62,501 bases of DNA, from the NCBI GenBank assembly GCA_018062425.1, contig JAGOSH010000003.1:1-62501 (forward strand), given 5' to 3'. The position numbers and the translations under genes are program-made. The stretch's first letter is position 1; the number at the start of each line of letters is the position of its first letter. Below are positions 1 through 8,057 of this stretch, one piece after another. Below the pieces are notes generated by a model, which did no database searches, was not told where the DNA came from, and saw only the letters and a list, made by a program, of their open reading frames with translations. Origin of the DNA: Minisyncoccota bacterium. Its GTDB lineage: Bacteria > Patescibacteriota > Minisyncoccia > Phycocordibacterales > UBA9973.

Positions 1-22
1 CTCCTTTGGTGGGGATTAAAAG

Positions 23-532
23 TTAAACTTTACCGAAAGCGTCTTCTGTATCTTTTTTTGATATTTTATCAATCCCATTATAAGGGTCATCTAATTCAGA
101 AGCGACTTCCCATAAAAGATACAGCACAAACATGGTTGTCCATACTGTGATTATTCCCGCATAGGTTGTAATAAACGGGAAAAACAAAAAAACAGAAAAG
201 AAAATCAATGAGAAAACACCTAAAAGCATTTTTACCGCGGGATGAATTCTGACACAGATGTTTTCATTAAACATCTTTTCATCCTTTAAAAAAATAGCTG
301 TTTTTATTTTCTGGTATTTTTCATTGGCTGCCTGTATTTGGGTTGAAGCAATCAGGCCGTGTACAACACCAATTACACCAAGTAATGGTTCAAAAATCCC
401 GATATCGTGGGATTCAATAGCTATATTCTCTCTGAGAAAGAACCAAATAGCTGAACCAAAAAAACCTAATATAGTTGGTCTAATTAGCAAGGTGGCATAC
501 TGCCACCACTGTTTTGAAATCTCAATCTTCAT
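23..532 (-). CDS. hypothetical multi-pass membrane protein
   Basis: 169-aa ORF with several hydrophobic segments (TILGFFGSAIWFFL, LLGVIGVVHGLIA, LLGVFSLIFFSVFLFFPFI, IITVWTTMFVLYLLW). No family recognised. Confidence 0.5.
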   Translation of the reverse strand: MKIEISKQWWQYATLLIRPTILGFFGSAIWFFLRENIAIESHDIGIFEPLLGVIGVVHGLIASTQIQAANEKYQKIKTAIFLKDEKMFNENICVRIHPAVKMLLGVFSLIFFSVFLFFPFITTYAGIITVWTTMFVLYLLWEVASELDDPYNGIDKISKKDTEDAFGKV

Positions 533-640
533 TTTGAAACAAGTTTAATTATGGAAGGACAAAGATATGATCATCCAAATACTACTGTATATGTGTAAAA
601 TATACAAATAAACACCTATTTAAAATAAGATTCAAGAATG

Positions 641-775
641 TGGCGGGCGATGAGACCTGCCTGCCGGCAGTCAGGGAATCGGTCACGAGTATTTTTCTGA
701 TGAAAAATCTCGCTACCCCGCCTCGCGCCGTCGCGCTCCGGCTTTCGATATCTCTCCCTGCCTCGCAACGACAAC
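641..775. other. GC-rich, helix-dense non-coding island (candidate structured RNA or relic of a tRNA-targeted event)
   Basis: Strikingly G+C-rich compared with its AT-rich flanks. Helices seen by eye: ggcggg/cccgcc, cgag-attttt/aaaaat-ctcg, cctg-ctgcc/ggcag-cagg. On the minus strand it ends in tctcatcgcccgcca, repeating the 3' end of the adjacent tRNA-Trp. The only ORF (582..791) has an implausible composition. Confidence 0.3.
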
Positions 776-780
776 AAATA

Positions 781-804
781 AAAACAGGCATTTAGCCTGT
801 TTTT
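781..804. terminator. bidirectional intrinsic terminator hairpin
   Basis: aaaacaggc-attta-gcctgtttt, flanked by an A-run on one side and a T-run on the other. Lies directly 3' of tRNA-Trp on the minus strand. Confidence 0.6.
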
Positions 805-815
805 ATTTTTCGTAG

Positions 816-886
816 CGGGCGATGAGAGAATCGAACTCCCGCCAACGGTTTTGGAGACCGTTGTTCTGCCACTAAACTAATCGCCC
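816..886 (-). tRNA. trnW: tRNA-Trp (anticodon CCA)
   Basis: Minus-strand cloverleaf read by eye: acceptor GGGCGAT/ATCGCCC, anticodon stem ACGGT/ACCGT with loop CTCCAAA, T arm GGGAG-TTCGATT-CTCTC, discriminator G. CCA is not encoded. Confidence 0.9.
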
Positions 887-889
887 AAA

Positions 890-945
890 GCCTCCACCCT
901 AGGGTGGAGGCTTTGAGGACGCAAAATAAAAAATATTGCGTCCTA
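890..945 (-). terminator. two strong hairpins between rpmG and tRNA-Trp
   Basis: Perfect 22-nt palindrome gcctccaccct/agggtggaggc (890-911), then aggacgcaa...ttgcgtcct (917-945). Their role as terminator, processing site or leader is unresolved. Confidence 0.4.
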
Positions 946-1033
946 TATATAGAGCCGAAGCTCCATACAAAGAACACGCTAGCGGACTACCCGCTGCCGA
1001 TTCATTATATCAGAAATAAAAAAGAATACGAAA

Positions 1034-1195
1034 CTATTTTTTAAGTTCCTTGTGCTTAGTCTTTGCCTTGCACCATTTGCAGTACTTCGCTAGTTCGAGC
1101 TTTTCGGTTACTGTTTTTTTGTTTTTACTTGACCAATAATTGGTTCTCTTGCACTTGCTGCAGGCGAACTTAATAAGTCTAACTTGTTTAGCCAT
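1034..1195 (-). CDS. rpmG: 50S ribosomal protein L33
   Basis: 53-aa ORF below the ORF-track cutoff, translated by hand: MAKQVRLIKFACSKCKRTNYWSSKNKKTVTEKLELAKYCKWCKAKTKHKELKK. Shows the typical L33 CxxC...CxxC pattern and size. Confidence 0.9.
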   Translation of the reverse strand: MAKQVRLIKFACSKCKRTNYWSSKNKKTVTEKLELAKYCKWCKAKTKHKELKK

Positions 1196-1265
1196 GGGTA
1201 CAGATTAGCTCAAAATACGAGAAAAGGCAAGTTATCTTAACAATTACCCTATAATCCTAAGGGTT

Positions 1266-2432
1266 TTATTGCTGACCCTTGGCGCCGCCAGCTTGTTTTA
1301 AAATTTCTGAGTCGAAAGTATAGGTTGTGCTCTTTTGTTTATTGAAACGATCCTCTGCCAAAGCCACTAGCTTGGTTACCAGCTCTACCCCCGAGATTCC
1401 TATCTTTTTCCAATTGTGAGCATAAAGACTACCTGGAAGGGTGTTAACCTCGTTTACATAGACTTTCTTTGATCCATCGTCAATAAGGAAATCTACCCTA
1501 GAAATACCAGTACAGCCGAGTGTTTTGTATGTTTTTCTGCCCAAGTCCGCTACTTCTTTTAAAAGTCCTTCCTCGATATTGGCAGGGATTTCACTGTATT
1601 GATTGTTTACTCCGCCATCCCCTTTCTTGCCTCCACTTGAAAGATATTTATCTTTGAAATCAAAAAATTCTGTATTATTAAGCGGGCGTTCTATTGCAGC
1701 CAGTTGCAGTTCATCGTTGCCTATAATAGGCAGGGTTACTTCGATCAAATTCTGTACTCCTTCTTCTACTAAAACTTTATCGTCGTAGTGCAGAGCTACC
1801 TCTATGGCGTTTTCTAATAAGGATTCGTCTTTAACCTTGGATATACCAATACTAGAACCCAAGTGTACCGGTTTTACAAAAAGTGGATATTTTAATTTTG
1901 AAATTTGACTCTTGAAATCCTCTTTGTTTTTTTCCCAATCTGACTTTGTAAACCAAACATATGGAACCACGGGCACTCCAACAGCCGAAATGACTTGCTT
2001 GGTTAAAACCTTGTCCATGGCAACAGCAGAAGCAAATAAATCACACCCCACAAAAGGAATATCTGCCATTCGAAGCACCCCCATAAGTGACCCATCTTCT
2101 CCGTACGTGCCATGCATTGCGGTAAAAGCAACATCAATCTTTGTAGTTTTTTGTATCAACCCCGGCCAGATAATATGTAGTCCGTTATCGAACAGTATCT
2201 GAACCTTTTTTTGTTTTGCTAAAATAGCTTCTAAATCATCCTGCTTGAAATATGCCAGGTCATTCATTTTCTGGTCAGAATACCAAGATCCATCTTTCGC
2301 AATATATACAGGCCACACTTCAAAAACATCCGTCGCCAAGAGTGATTCTATGATAGGTGTATGTGCAGTAATGATAGAAACGTCATGCTCAGCACTTCTA
2401 CCTCCGAAAAATACAGCGATGTTTCTTTTCAT
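1266..2432 (-). CDS. ddl: D-alanine--D-alanine ligase
   Basis: N-terminus MKRNIAVFFGGRSAEHDVS, an ATP-grasp core, and C-terminal EVNTLPG motifs typical of Ddl. Confidence 0.93.
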   Translation of the reverse strand: MKRNIAVFFGGRSAEHDVSIITAHTPIIESLLATDVFEVWPVYIAKDGSWYSDQKMNDLAYFKQDDLEAILAKQKKVQILFDNGLHIIWPGLIQKTTKIDVAFTAMHGTYGEDGSLMGVLRMADIPFVGCDLFASAVAMDKVLTKQVISAVGVPVVPYVWFTKSDWEKNKEDFKSQISKLKYPLFVKPVHLGSSIGISKVKDESLLENAIEVALHYDDKVLVEEGVQNLIEVTLPIIGNDELQLAAIERPLNNTEFFDFKDKYLSSGGKKGDGGVNNQYSEIPANIEEGLLKEVADLGRKTYKTLGCTGISRVDFLIDDGSKKVYVNEVNTLPGSLYAHNWKKIGISGVELVTKLVALAEDRFNKQKSTTYTFDSEILKQAGGAKGQQ

Positions 2433-2463
2433 GTTTTAGATAAATTAAAACTGGTAATACTGA

Positions 2464-3909
2464 CTAATAATATTGATCTGGCCAGTCGTTCTGTAATAAT
2501 ACCACATCACCCTTCACAGTTAAATGAGGCAGTGCGGCAAAAGCTTTCAAGCCCGTTTCAAACCAAAGGATTTCACCTTTATATGAACCCTCCTTTAAGC
2601 CTTGCTCGATGTAGCCAGTGACAGAATTTTTTATTAAAACAACTTTTTCTATACCGGAACTTGCTAGCTGTCTACCTATCTCTCGATGAACTTCTACGGT
2701 TCTGTGGCCCATTTCCACCAGACCTGGAGTTACATAAAATCTTCTATGTCCTTTTAGAGATACTAAAAATTCTATGACCGCTCTCGCTCCATCCGGGTTA
2801 CCATTGTAGCTATCATCTATTATGGTAACTCCCGATGGATCAGTGCGAGGTTCGAGCCTGTGAACGAAAGGTTTAGTGTTACTAACTCCTTTTTGAATTT
2901 TCTCCATAGGTATACCCAGGAGAAGAGCAATATGAATAGAAGCAAAGAGCGGACCGACTTGATGAAGTCCAAGGAGCTTGGAAGTTAATTTAAATTTATT
3001 ATTGTCTTTTACTAAACTAAAATATGTACCGGTTAGATCAGAACGAGGTTTCTCTACCTTCCATTCATTTATACCATTTCGCGAATACACTAAATGATTT
3101 TTAAACGAGTGTCCTTTTGTTAAAGTATTTTCTCCGTTTACATACACAGGTTTATTCCCCAAATAATCCGAAAGCTCAAAAATAGTGCTAGCTGTTATTT
3201 CTAAACTTTTAAATTTCTCCAAATGGGCTTCGTTGACCCCAGTTATAACGCCCAAATCTGGTTGTACAAATTCACACATCTCCTTGATATCACCTTTATA
3301 ATACTCACCAAATTCAAAAATTAAAACTTCTTCATTCCCCTTCAAACTTTTTATAAAACTACTCATGCCGAGCATGGTGTTGTGGTTCTCGGGCGGAGCA
3401 GCCACCTTTTTGCCTTCCATTAGAACCATTTTCAGTATCTCTCGCATGGTTGTCTTGCCGTAGCTTCCAGCAACAGCTATCTTGAAAGCTTTATGCTTTC
3501 TCAGCTTACTTTTTGCGCTGCTGATTACCCAATATTCAATCGGTTTTTGTATTAAAACTTTTATTAGAAACACTGGAACAGCTATCCCACAGGCTAAAAC
3601 AAAAGGTAATAAAACAACAACCAACGCCATCAGCACATACTGACCAGAATCAAGAAAAAATACAGCTAGCGCGATAATGGTTACAACAAACACCCATGCC
3701 ACCACAAGCAGAAGCAAGGCTTTTTTTGTAGGGACGAATTTTTTTCTAACTTCAACTTTTTTGAAACTTTTTATATTTTTTAACCATTTAAAATAACCCT
3801 CGAGTTTGTACTCGCTCGCCTGGAGCATATAAACTATCGAACGGGGGTATTGGATATTGTAAGCAGATAGCCATTTTGCAAATATATTTTTTTGTATATT
3901 TTTCAGCAT
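2464..3909 (-). CDS. murF: Mur ligase, MurF-like (UDP-MurNAc-tripeptide--D-Ala-D-Ala ligase) with hydrophobic N-terminal region
   Basis: P-loop AVAGSYGKTTMREIL, Mur ligase middle domain, C-terminal DDSYNGNPDGARAVIEFL. Sits next to ddl. Residues around 60-125 are strongly hydrophobic where the usual MurF N-domain would be. Confidence 0.7.
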   Translation of the reverse strand: MLKNIQKNIFAKWLSAYNIQYPRSIVYMLQASEYKLEGYFKWLKNIKSFKKVEVRKKFVPTKKALLLLVVAWVFVVTIIALAVFFLDSGQYVLMALVVVLLPFVLACGIAVPVFLIKVLIQKPIEYWVISSAKSKLRKHKAFKIAVAGSYGKTTMREILKMVLMEGKKVAAPPENHNTMLGMSSFIKSLKGNEEVLIFEFGEYYKGDIKEMCEFVQPDLGVITGVNEAHLEKFKSLEITASTIFELSDYLGNKPVYVNGENTLTKGHSFKNHLVYSRNGINEWKVEKPRSDLTGTYFSLVKDNNKFKLTSKLLGLHQVGPLFASIHIALLLGIPMEKIQKGVSNTKPFVHRLEPRTDPSGVTIIDDSYNGNPDGARAVIEFLVSLKGHRRFYVTPGLVEMGHRTVEVHREIGRQLASSGIEKVVLIKNSVTGYIEQGLKEGSYKGEILWFETGLKAFAALPHLTVKGDVVLLQNDWPDQYY

Positions 3910-3912
3910 AAT

Positions 3913-4665
3913 TTATCTCAAAAATTCTCGTATTAATCCTGATACTTCTCTGGGTTTTTGCTTATGTACGAAATGGTCTGCTTTTTCTAAAACTTCTAAT
4001 CTAGAGTTTCTGATCATCGTATTTAACCTTTGTCCGTCAGAAAGCGGAGTCTCGGTGTCGTCTGCCCCCCAAATCAAAATTGTCGGTACTTCTATTTGTC
4101 TAGCGTACTCACTCAAGTCTTCTTTTATAACCTTAACAAAAGTATTCTTCAGCGCACCGGTGTTGAGGTAGTCACCACCCACAAAACTATACAGCTTTTT
4201 CTTTAAAGAATTTCGATAAAAATAAAAAGGTGGTATGTATGTAACGAGCTTTCCAGTTTTTGCGATAATTTTAAAAACATAATTCTTTAGGGTTTTCCTC
4301 TTTGCGATACCTGCAGATGCTACTAAAACAAGCTTTTCTGAATTTAACTTTCTTTCTGATACACCCTTGATAATGATTCTTCCACCAAAAGAATGCCCAA
4401 TCAAAGCGTAAGGCGATATGTTTAACTTGGCGATAAAACTGCCGACAAAATCTATATAGTCGTCTAAGTCCCAGGTTTCTTTAGGTATTTGTGTTTTTCC
4501 AAATCCGGGCAGATCAAGTCTAATGACCCTATATTCAGAGTTTAAAATAGAACCGATATCGTTAAAACTATCTAAACTATCCTTCCATCCATGCAGAAAA
4601 AGCAGGACTTTACCCGCACCTTCGTCCTCATATTCAGTTACCAGATTATCTACTATTACTTTCAC
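3913..4665 (-). CDS. alpha/beta-fold hydrolase
   Basis: Oxyanion motif HGW and nucleophile elbow GHSFGG, with late Asp and His (ADHFVH). Confidence 0.75.
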   Translation of the reverse strand: MKVIVDNLVTEYEDEGAGKVLLFLHGWKDSLDSFNDIGSILNSEYRVIRLDLPGFGKTQIPKETWDLDDYIDFVGSFIAKLNISPYALIGHSFGGRIIIKGVSERKLNSEKLVLVASAGIAKRKTLKNYVFKIIAKTGKLVTYIPPFYFYRNSLKKKLYSFVGGDYLNTGALKNTFVKVIKEDLSEYARQIEVPTILIWGADDTETPLSDGQRLNTMIRNSRLEVLEKADHFVHKQKPREVSGLIREFLR

Positions 4666-5393
4666 ACTTCTAATATAACACTTTCCAAATCCTTCGGCAC
4701 ATTGGTGAGATTTTTATAGCCATTCTTGGTTATTAGGATCATGTCCTCGATGCGCACACCACCAAAGCCTGGCAGGTAGATGCCTGGCTCGATAGTCATC
4801 ACGCACCCTACGGGTAAAATGTCTGTAGTCTTGGGCTTGAAACCTGGCCATTCGTGGATGACGGTACCTACTCCGTGGCCTAGGCCATGTTGGAAATTGT
4901 CTTTATATTTTCTAGCCAGAAATGCCCGGGCTGATGTATCTATTTTCTTTGCATTCTTCTCACCTTTAGCTATAGTAGCGAACGCGCGATTCATAGCCTC
5001 TAAAACATCTAAATATACTTTCTTCTGCTTGGCGCTCGGCTCACCCCAGAAATACGTACGTGTCATGTCAGAACAATAATGCTCAACTGTCGTTCCAAAA
5101 TCGAGCATTATTATGTCCCCTTTCTTTAATTTAACTTTTCCTGGTTCATGGTGAATATCCGCCGAGCCTTTACCGAAGGCAACTATGGGAGAGAAAGAAA
5201 GTATTGGTGCACCATACTTCACAAAAGATTTTTTGATGAAATTTGCTACCTCTATCTCAGTAATTCCAGTCTTTAAATACACTAATACGTCCCGAAGCAC
5301 TTCCTCTGCTATCCATTGCGCTTTCATAATGTTCGCCAACTCCGCTTCGCCCTTTACCGCCCTTACTTCGTGAATTAGTTTAGTTTCAGTCAT
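4662..5393 (-). CDS. M24-family metallopeptidase (Xaa-Pro aminopeptidase-like, catalytic domain only)
   Basis: Pita-bread fold motifs DFG..., HGLGHGVGTVIHEWP and IEPGIY...GGVRIED. Confidence 0.8.
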   Translation of the reverse strand: MTETKLIHEVRAVKGEAELANIMKAQWIAEEVLRDVLVYLKTGITEIEVANFIKKSFVKYGAPILSFSPIVAFGKGSADIHHEPGKVKLKKGDIIMLDFGTTVEHYCSDMTRTYFWGEPSAKQKKVYLDVLEAMNRAFATIAKGEKNAKKIDTSARAFLARKYKDNFQHGLGHGVGTVIHEWPGFKPKTTDILPVGCVMTIEPGIYLPGFGGVRIEDMILITKNGYKNLTNVPKDLESVILEV

Positions 5394-5397
5394 AAAT

Positions 5398-6453
5398 TTA
5401 TGAATTCTTTTTATTCAGTGCTACTAGACATAATTTATACAGAACTCGGGCACCTACATTTCCATCCCATTCGTCATTGCCTGGGGCGACTTCGCATAGG
5501 TCAAAGCCGATTATTTGCTTGCCGGAGGCTAGGACTTTTTCAAAAATATACACCACTTCTTCTAGCGAAAATCCACCCAGAACCGGAGTGCCTGTATTCG
5601 GCGACAAATGTGGAGACAGTCCGTCAATATCAAAAGAGATATAAACCTTTTCGGGTAACTTTGAAACTATCTCCTCGCAAACTTGAGCCCAATTCGATCC
5701 CTCGAAAAGTTTCTTCCTGATATCATACTCAGTAAACATACTGACTCGGCCAGCCTCCTTGTCTACCAGATCCTTTTCACCCTGCGAGAAATCACGTATC
5801 CCCACTTGAACCAACTTCTCTACATTTTTTATCTTGAGAGCGTTATTAAAAATAGATGCGTGGGAGTATTCAAAACCTTCATAGGCATCCCGCAGGTCCG
5901 CGTGCGCATCAATGTGTAAAATTCCAAATGAATCATACTTTTCTGCGAGTGCTTCCATGTAGCCGAGCGGAGTGCTATGGTCCCCACCAACGACTCCAAC
6001 TATTTTACCTTCCGCGAGTAGTGAGGCAGTTTTATTTTTTACATCTATTTTGAAAGCCAAACACGCTTCGTTAATTTCATTTTTTAGATTTTCATCCACC
6101 TCGCCTTCTGTGTATTTTCCTAAATATTTTTCTACTTTGATTCGTATTTCTTTATTTTTTACAATCAAATCATTAGGGATGTCTAGCATTGCTATCCCAC
6201 TCTGCCAAGCGCTAGGATTTATAGGATCATACAGATCAATCTGCTGTGACGCGTCGAGTATAGCCTGCGGACCGTCTGCGGTACCGGCTTTATACGACAC
6301 TGTGGCTTCCCAAGGAAGGGGTACGAGAACAAGCTCCGATTCCTCTACACCAAAAGGTAATCCGAAAATTCCATGGTCATGTAAACCATTTTCATTTTGA
6401 TTAAAATTGGCTAATTTTTCTAACCTCTTTTGTTCTCTTTGTTGTTGATCCAT
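5398..6453 (-). CDS. speB: agmatinase / ureohydrolase family
   Basis: Arginase-fold Mn-binding motifs GGDHS, HIDAHADL and SFDIDGL. Its context with carboxynorspermidine genes favours agmatinase. Confidence 0.75.
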   Translation of the reverse strand: MDQQQREQKRLEKLANFNQNENGLHDHGIFGLPFGVEESELVLVPLPWEATVSYKAGTADGPQAILDASQQIDLYDPINPSAWQSGIAMLDIPNDLIVKNKEIRIKVEKYLGKYTEGEVDENLKNEINEACLAFKIDVKNKTASLLAEGKIVGVVGGDHSTPLGYMEALAEKYDSFGILHIDAHADLRDAYEGFEYSHASIFNNALKIKNVEKLVQVGIRDFSQGEKDLVDKEAGRVSMFTEYDIRKKLFEGSNWAQVCEEIVSKLPEKVYISFDIDGLSPHLSPNTGTPVLGGFSLEEVVYIFEKVLASGKQIIGFDLCEVAPGNDEWDGNVGARVLYKLCLVALNKKNS

Positions 6454-6455
6454 AA

Positions 6456-6770
6456 TTATTTGAATTCTATCACAATATCGCGGAAATTCTCTATCCTGTC
6501 TTTACTATCTATTTTTATGCCTTCTTTTTTATAAAGCGCCATGCGGTCCTTCCTGTGCTTGTCATCAATCCAAATCTTGCCCCCTGCGTAGACTATCCTA
6601 TGAAATGGAATCTTTGTCTCGCCAGCCATGTAGGCCTTGCCTAATATATTCGTAATGCTCTGCGAAGCCATGGTTCCACCACCCGCTGCGCGAGAAATGT
6701 TGCCATACGTCGTCACCCGTCCCTTGGGAATCGATAATGCAATTTTTACCACTCGTTCGCTGAAGGTCAT
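6456..6770 (-). CDS. alkyltransferase-like (ATL) protein, MGMT DNA-binding domain without catalytic Cys
   Basis: MGMT-type HTH region (YGNISRAAGGG...). The active-site PCHR motif reads IPFHRIV, with Phe replacing Cys. Confidence 0.7.
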   Translation of the reverse strand: MTFSERVVKIALSIPKGRVTTYGNISRAAGGGTMASQSITNILGKAYMAGETKIPFHRIVYAGGKIWIDDKHRKDRMALYKKEGIKIDSKDRIENFRDIVIEFK

Positions 6771-6773
6771 TTT

Positions 6774-7961
6774 TTACGACAACCTATCTTTAAAATCTTT
6801 GTAATCAAACTCACGTACAACTTTGATTTCCCTATCTTTATTCATGATGGCAATCGACGGCAGGTTTACACCATTGAAAGTATTATTTTTCACCATTGTG
6901 TATATAGCCATGTTTAGGAACACAACTTTCTGTCCGATTTCGAGTTTGGCTGGGAAAGAATAGTCGCCAATCACATCTCCCGTCAGACAGGTTGGACCGA
7001 CAAGTCGGAAAATATTTTGATCCCCGTCCTTTGCTTGTTTTGCTCCAATAATATGTGGTGAATATGGAATTTCTAGCACATCGGGCATGTGGCAAGTCGG
7101 TGACACATCGAGCACTGCAATATCCATGCCGTTGTGTAGAATATCAACAACCGAGCCAACCAAGACTCCAGCATTCAATGCTACTGCTTCTCCGGGTTCG
7201 AGGTAAACAGTCAAATTAGGATAACGAGATTTGAAGTCATTGAGTGTGTCTTTCAAAAGTTCGAGGTTGTAGTCATCACGAGTTATGTGGTGTCCACCAC
7301 CGAAATTCACCCACTTCATGTTAGGCAGAAATTCACCAAATTTTGATTCAAAAACGGCCAAACTACGCACGAACGCCTCGGCGCTGGATTCGCATAGATT
7401 GTGAAAATGCAGGCCTTCTAATCCTTCGATACTGTTTGGCTCAAAATTGTCGCGAGTAACTCCGAAATGTGAATTTGGCTTCGACGGGTCGTACATTTCT
7501 ACGTCAGCTTCTCGGTGTTCCAGATTCACCCGCATACCACAGGAAGCACCTTTATCGAGGGCGATATCTTTGAATTTTTTCCACTGAGAAAAAGAATTAA
7601 AAACCAGGTGGTCTGCGTATTTCAGATATTCGTGAATGTTTTCATCTGTATATGAAGGACAGAAAACATGGGTTTCTTTGCCAAATTCTTCATGGCCTAA
7701 CCGCGCTTCGAATACCGAACTAGCCTCACTACCCGAAAGATACTTCTGTGCAATATGGAACGTTGAAAACATAGAAAAACCTTTCAGCGCTGCTAGAACC
7801 CGGGCCCCGGTATCCTGCTCTACTTCGTTTAAAATATCCAAATTACTTTCTAGTTTTTCTTCCGACACTACATACACTGGAGTTGCCACATTGGCAAAAT
7901 CATCCGCCATCCAACCCTCCTCGGTGACCCACGGCTCTATAAATTTTTCGGTGTCTTTCAT
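6774..7961 (-). CDS. nspC: carboxynorspermidine/carboxyspermidine decarboxylase
   Basis: 395 aa with an Orn/DAP/Arg decarboxylase-type fold and an NspC-like N-terminus (PVYVVSEEKLESNLDIL). Adjacent to the dehydrogenase partner gene. Confidence 0.8.
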   Translation of the reverse strand: MKDTEKFIEPWVTEEGWMADDFANVATPVYVVSEEKLESNLDILNEVEQDTGARVLAALKGFSMFSTFHIAQKYLSGSEASSVFEARLGHEEFGKETHVFCPSYTDENIHEYLKYADHLVFNSFSQWKKFKDIALDKGASCGMRVNLEHREADVEMYDPSKPNSHFGVTRDNFEPNSIEGLEGLHFHNLCESSAEAFVRSLAVFESKFGEFLPNMKWVNFGGGHHITRDDYNLELLKDTLNDFKSRYPNLTVYLEPGEAVALNAGVLVGSVVDILHNGMDIAVLDVSPTCHMPDVLEIPYSPHIIGAKQAKDGDQNIFRLVGPTCLTGDVIGDYSFPAKLEIGQKVVFLNMAIYTMVKNNTFNGVNLPSIAIMNKDREIKVVREFDYKDFKDRLS

Positions 7962-8057
7962 GGTATTTGTATTTAAAAAATTATGAAAATAAATTTTTTA
8001 CACGGTCTGGGGATTTTTTCCGAGGACCTGGAAAAAATTTGATTTTCTTAATTTTAA

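Noticed and set aside
641-775. Calling the GC-rich island a canonical tRNA, tmRNA or SRP (4.5S) RNA
   Set aside because: No cloverleaf can be drawn, because there is no D arm, no T-loop GTTCRANYC and no anticodon arm of standard size. There is no GGAA/AGCA SRP domain-IV signature, and the island is far too short for tmRNA or RNase P RNA.
582-977. ORFs 582..791 and 792..977 (minus strand) as protein-coding genes
   Set aside because: The first lies entirely within the GC-rich helix-dense island and has Arg/Cys-rich nonsense-like composition. The second overlaps tRNA-Trp and its flanking hairpins.
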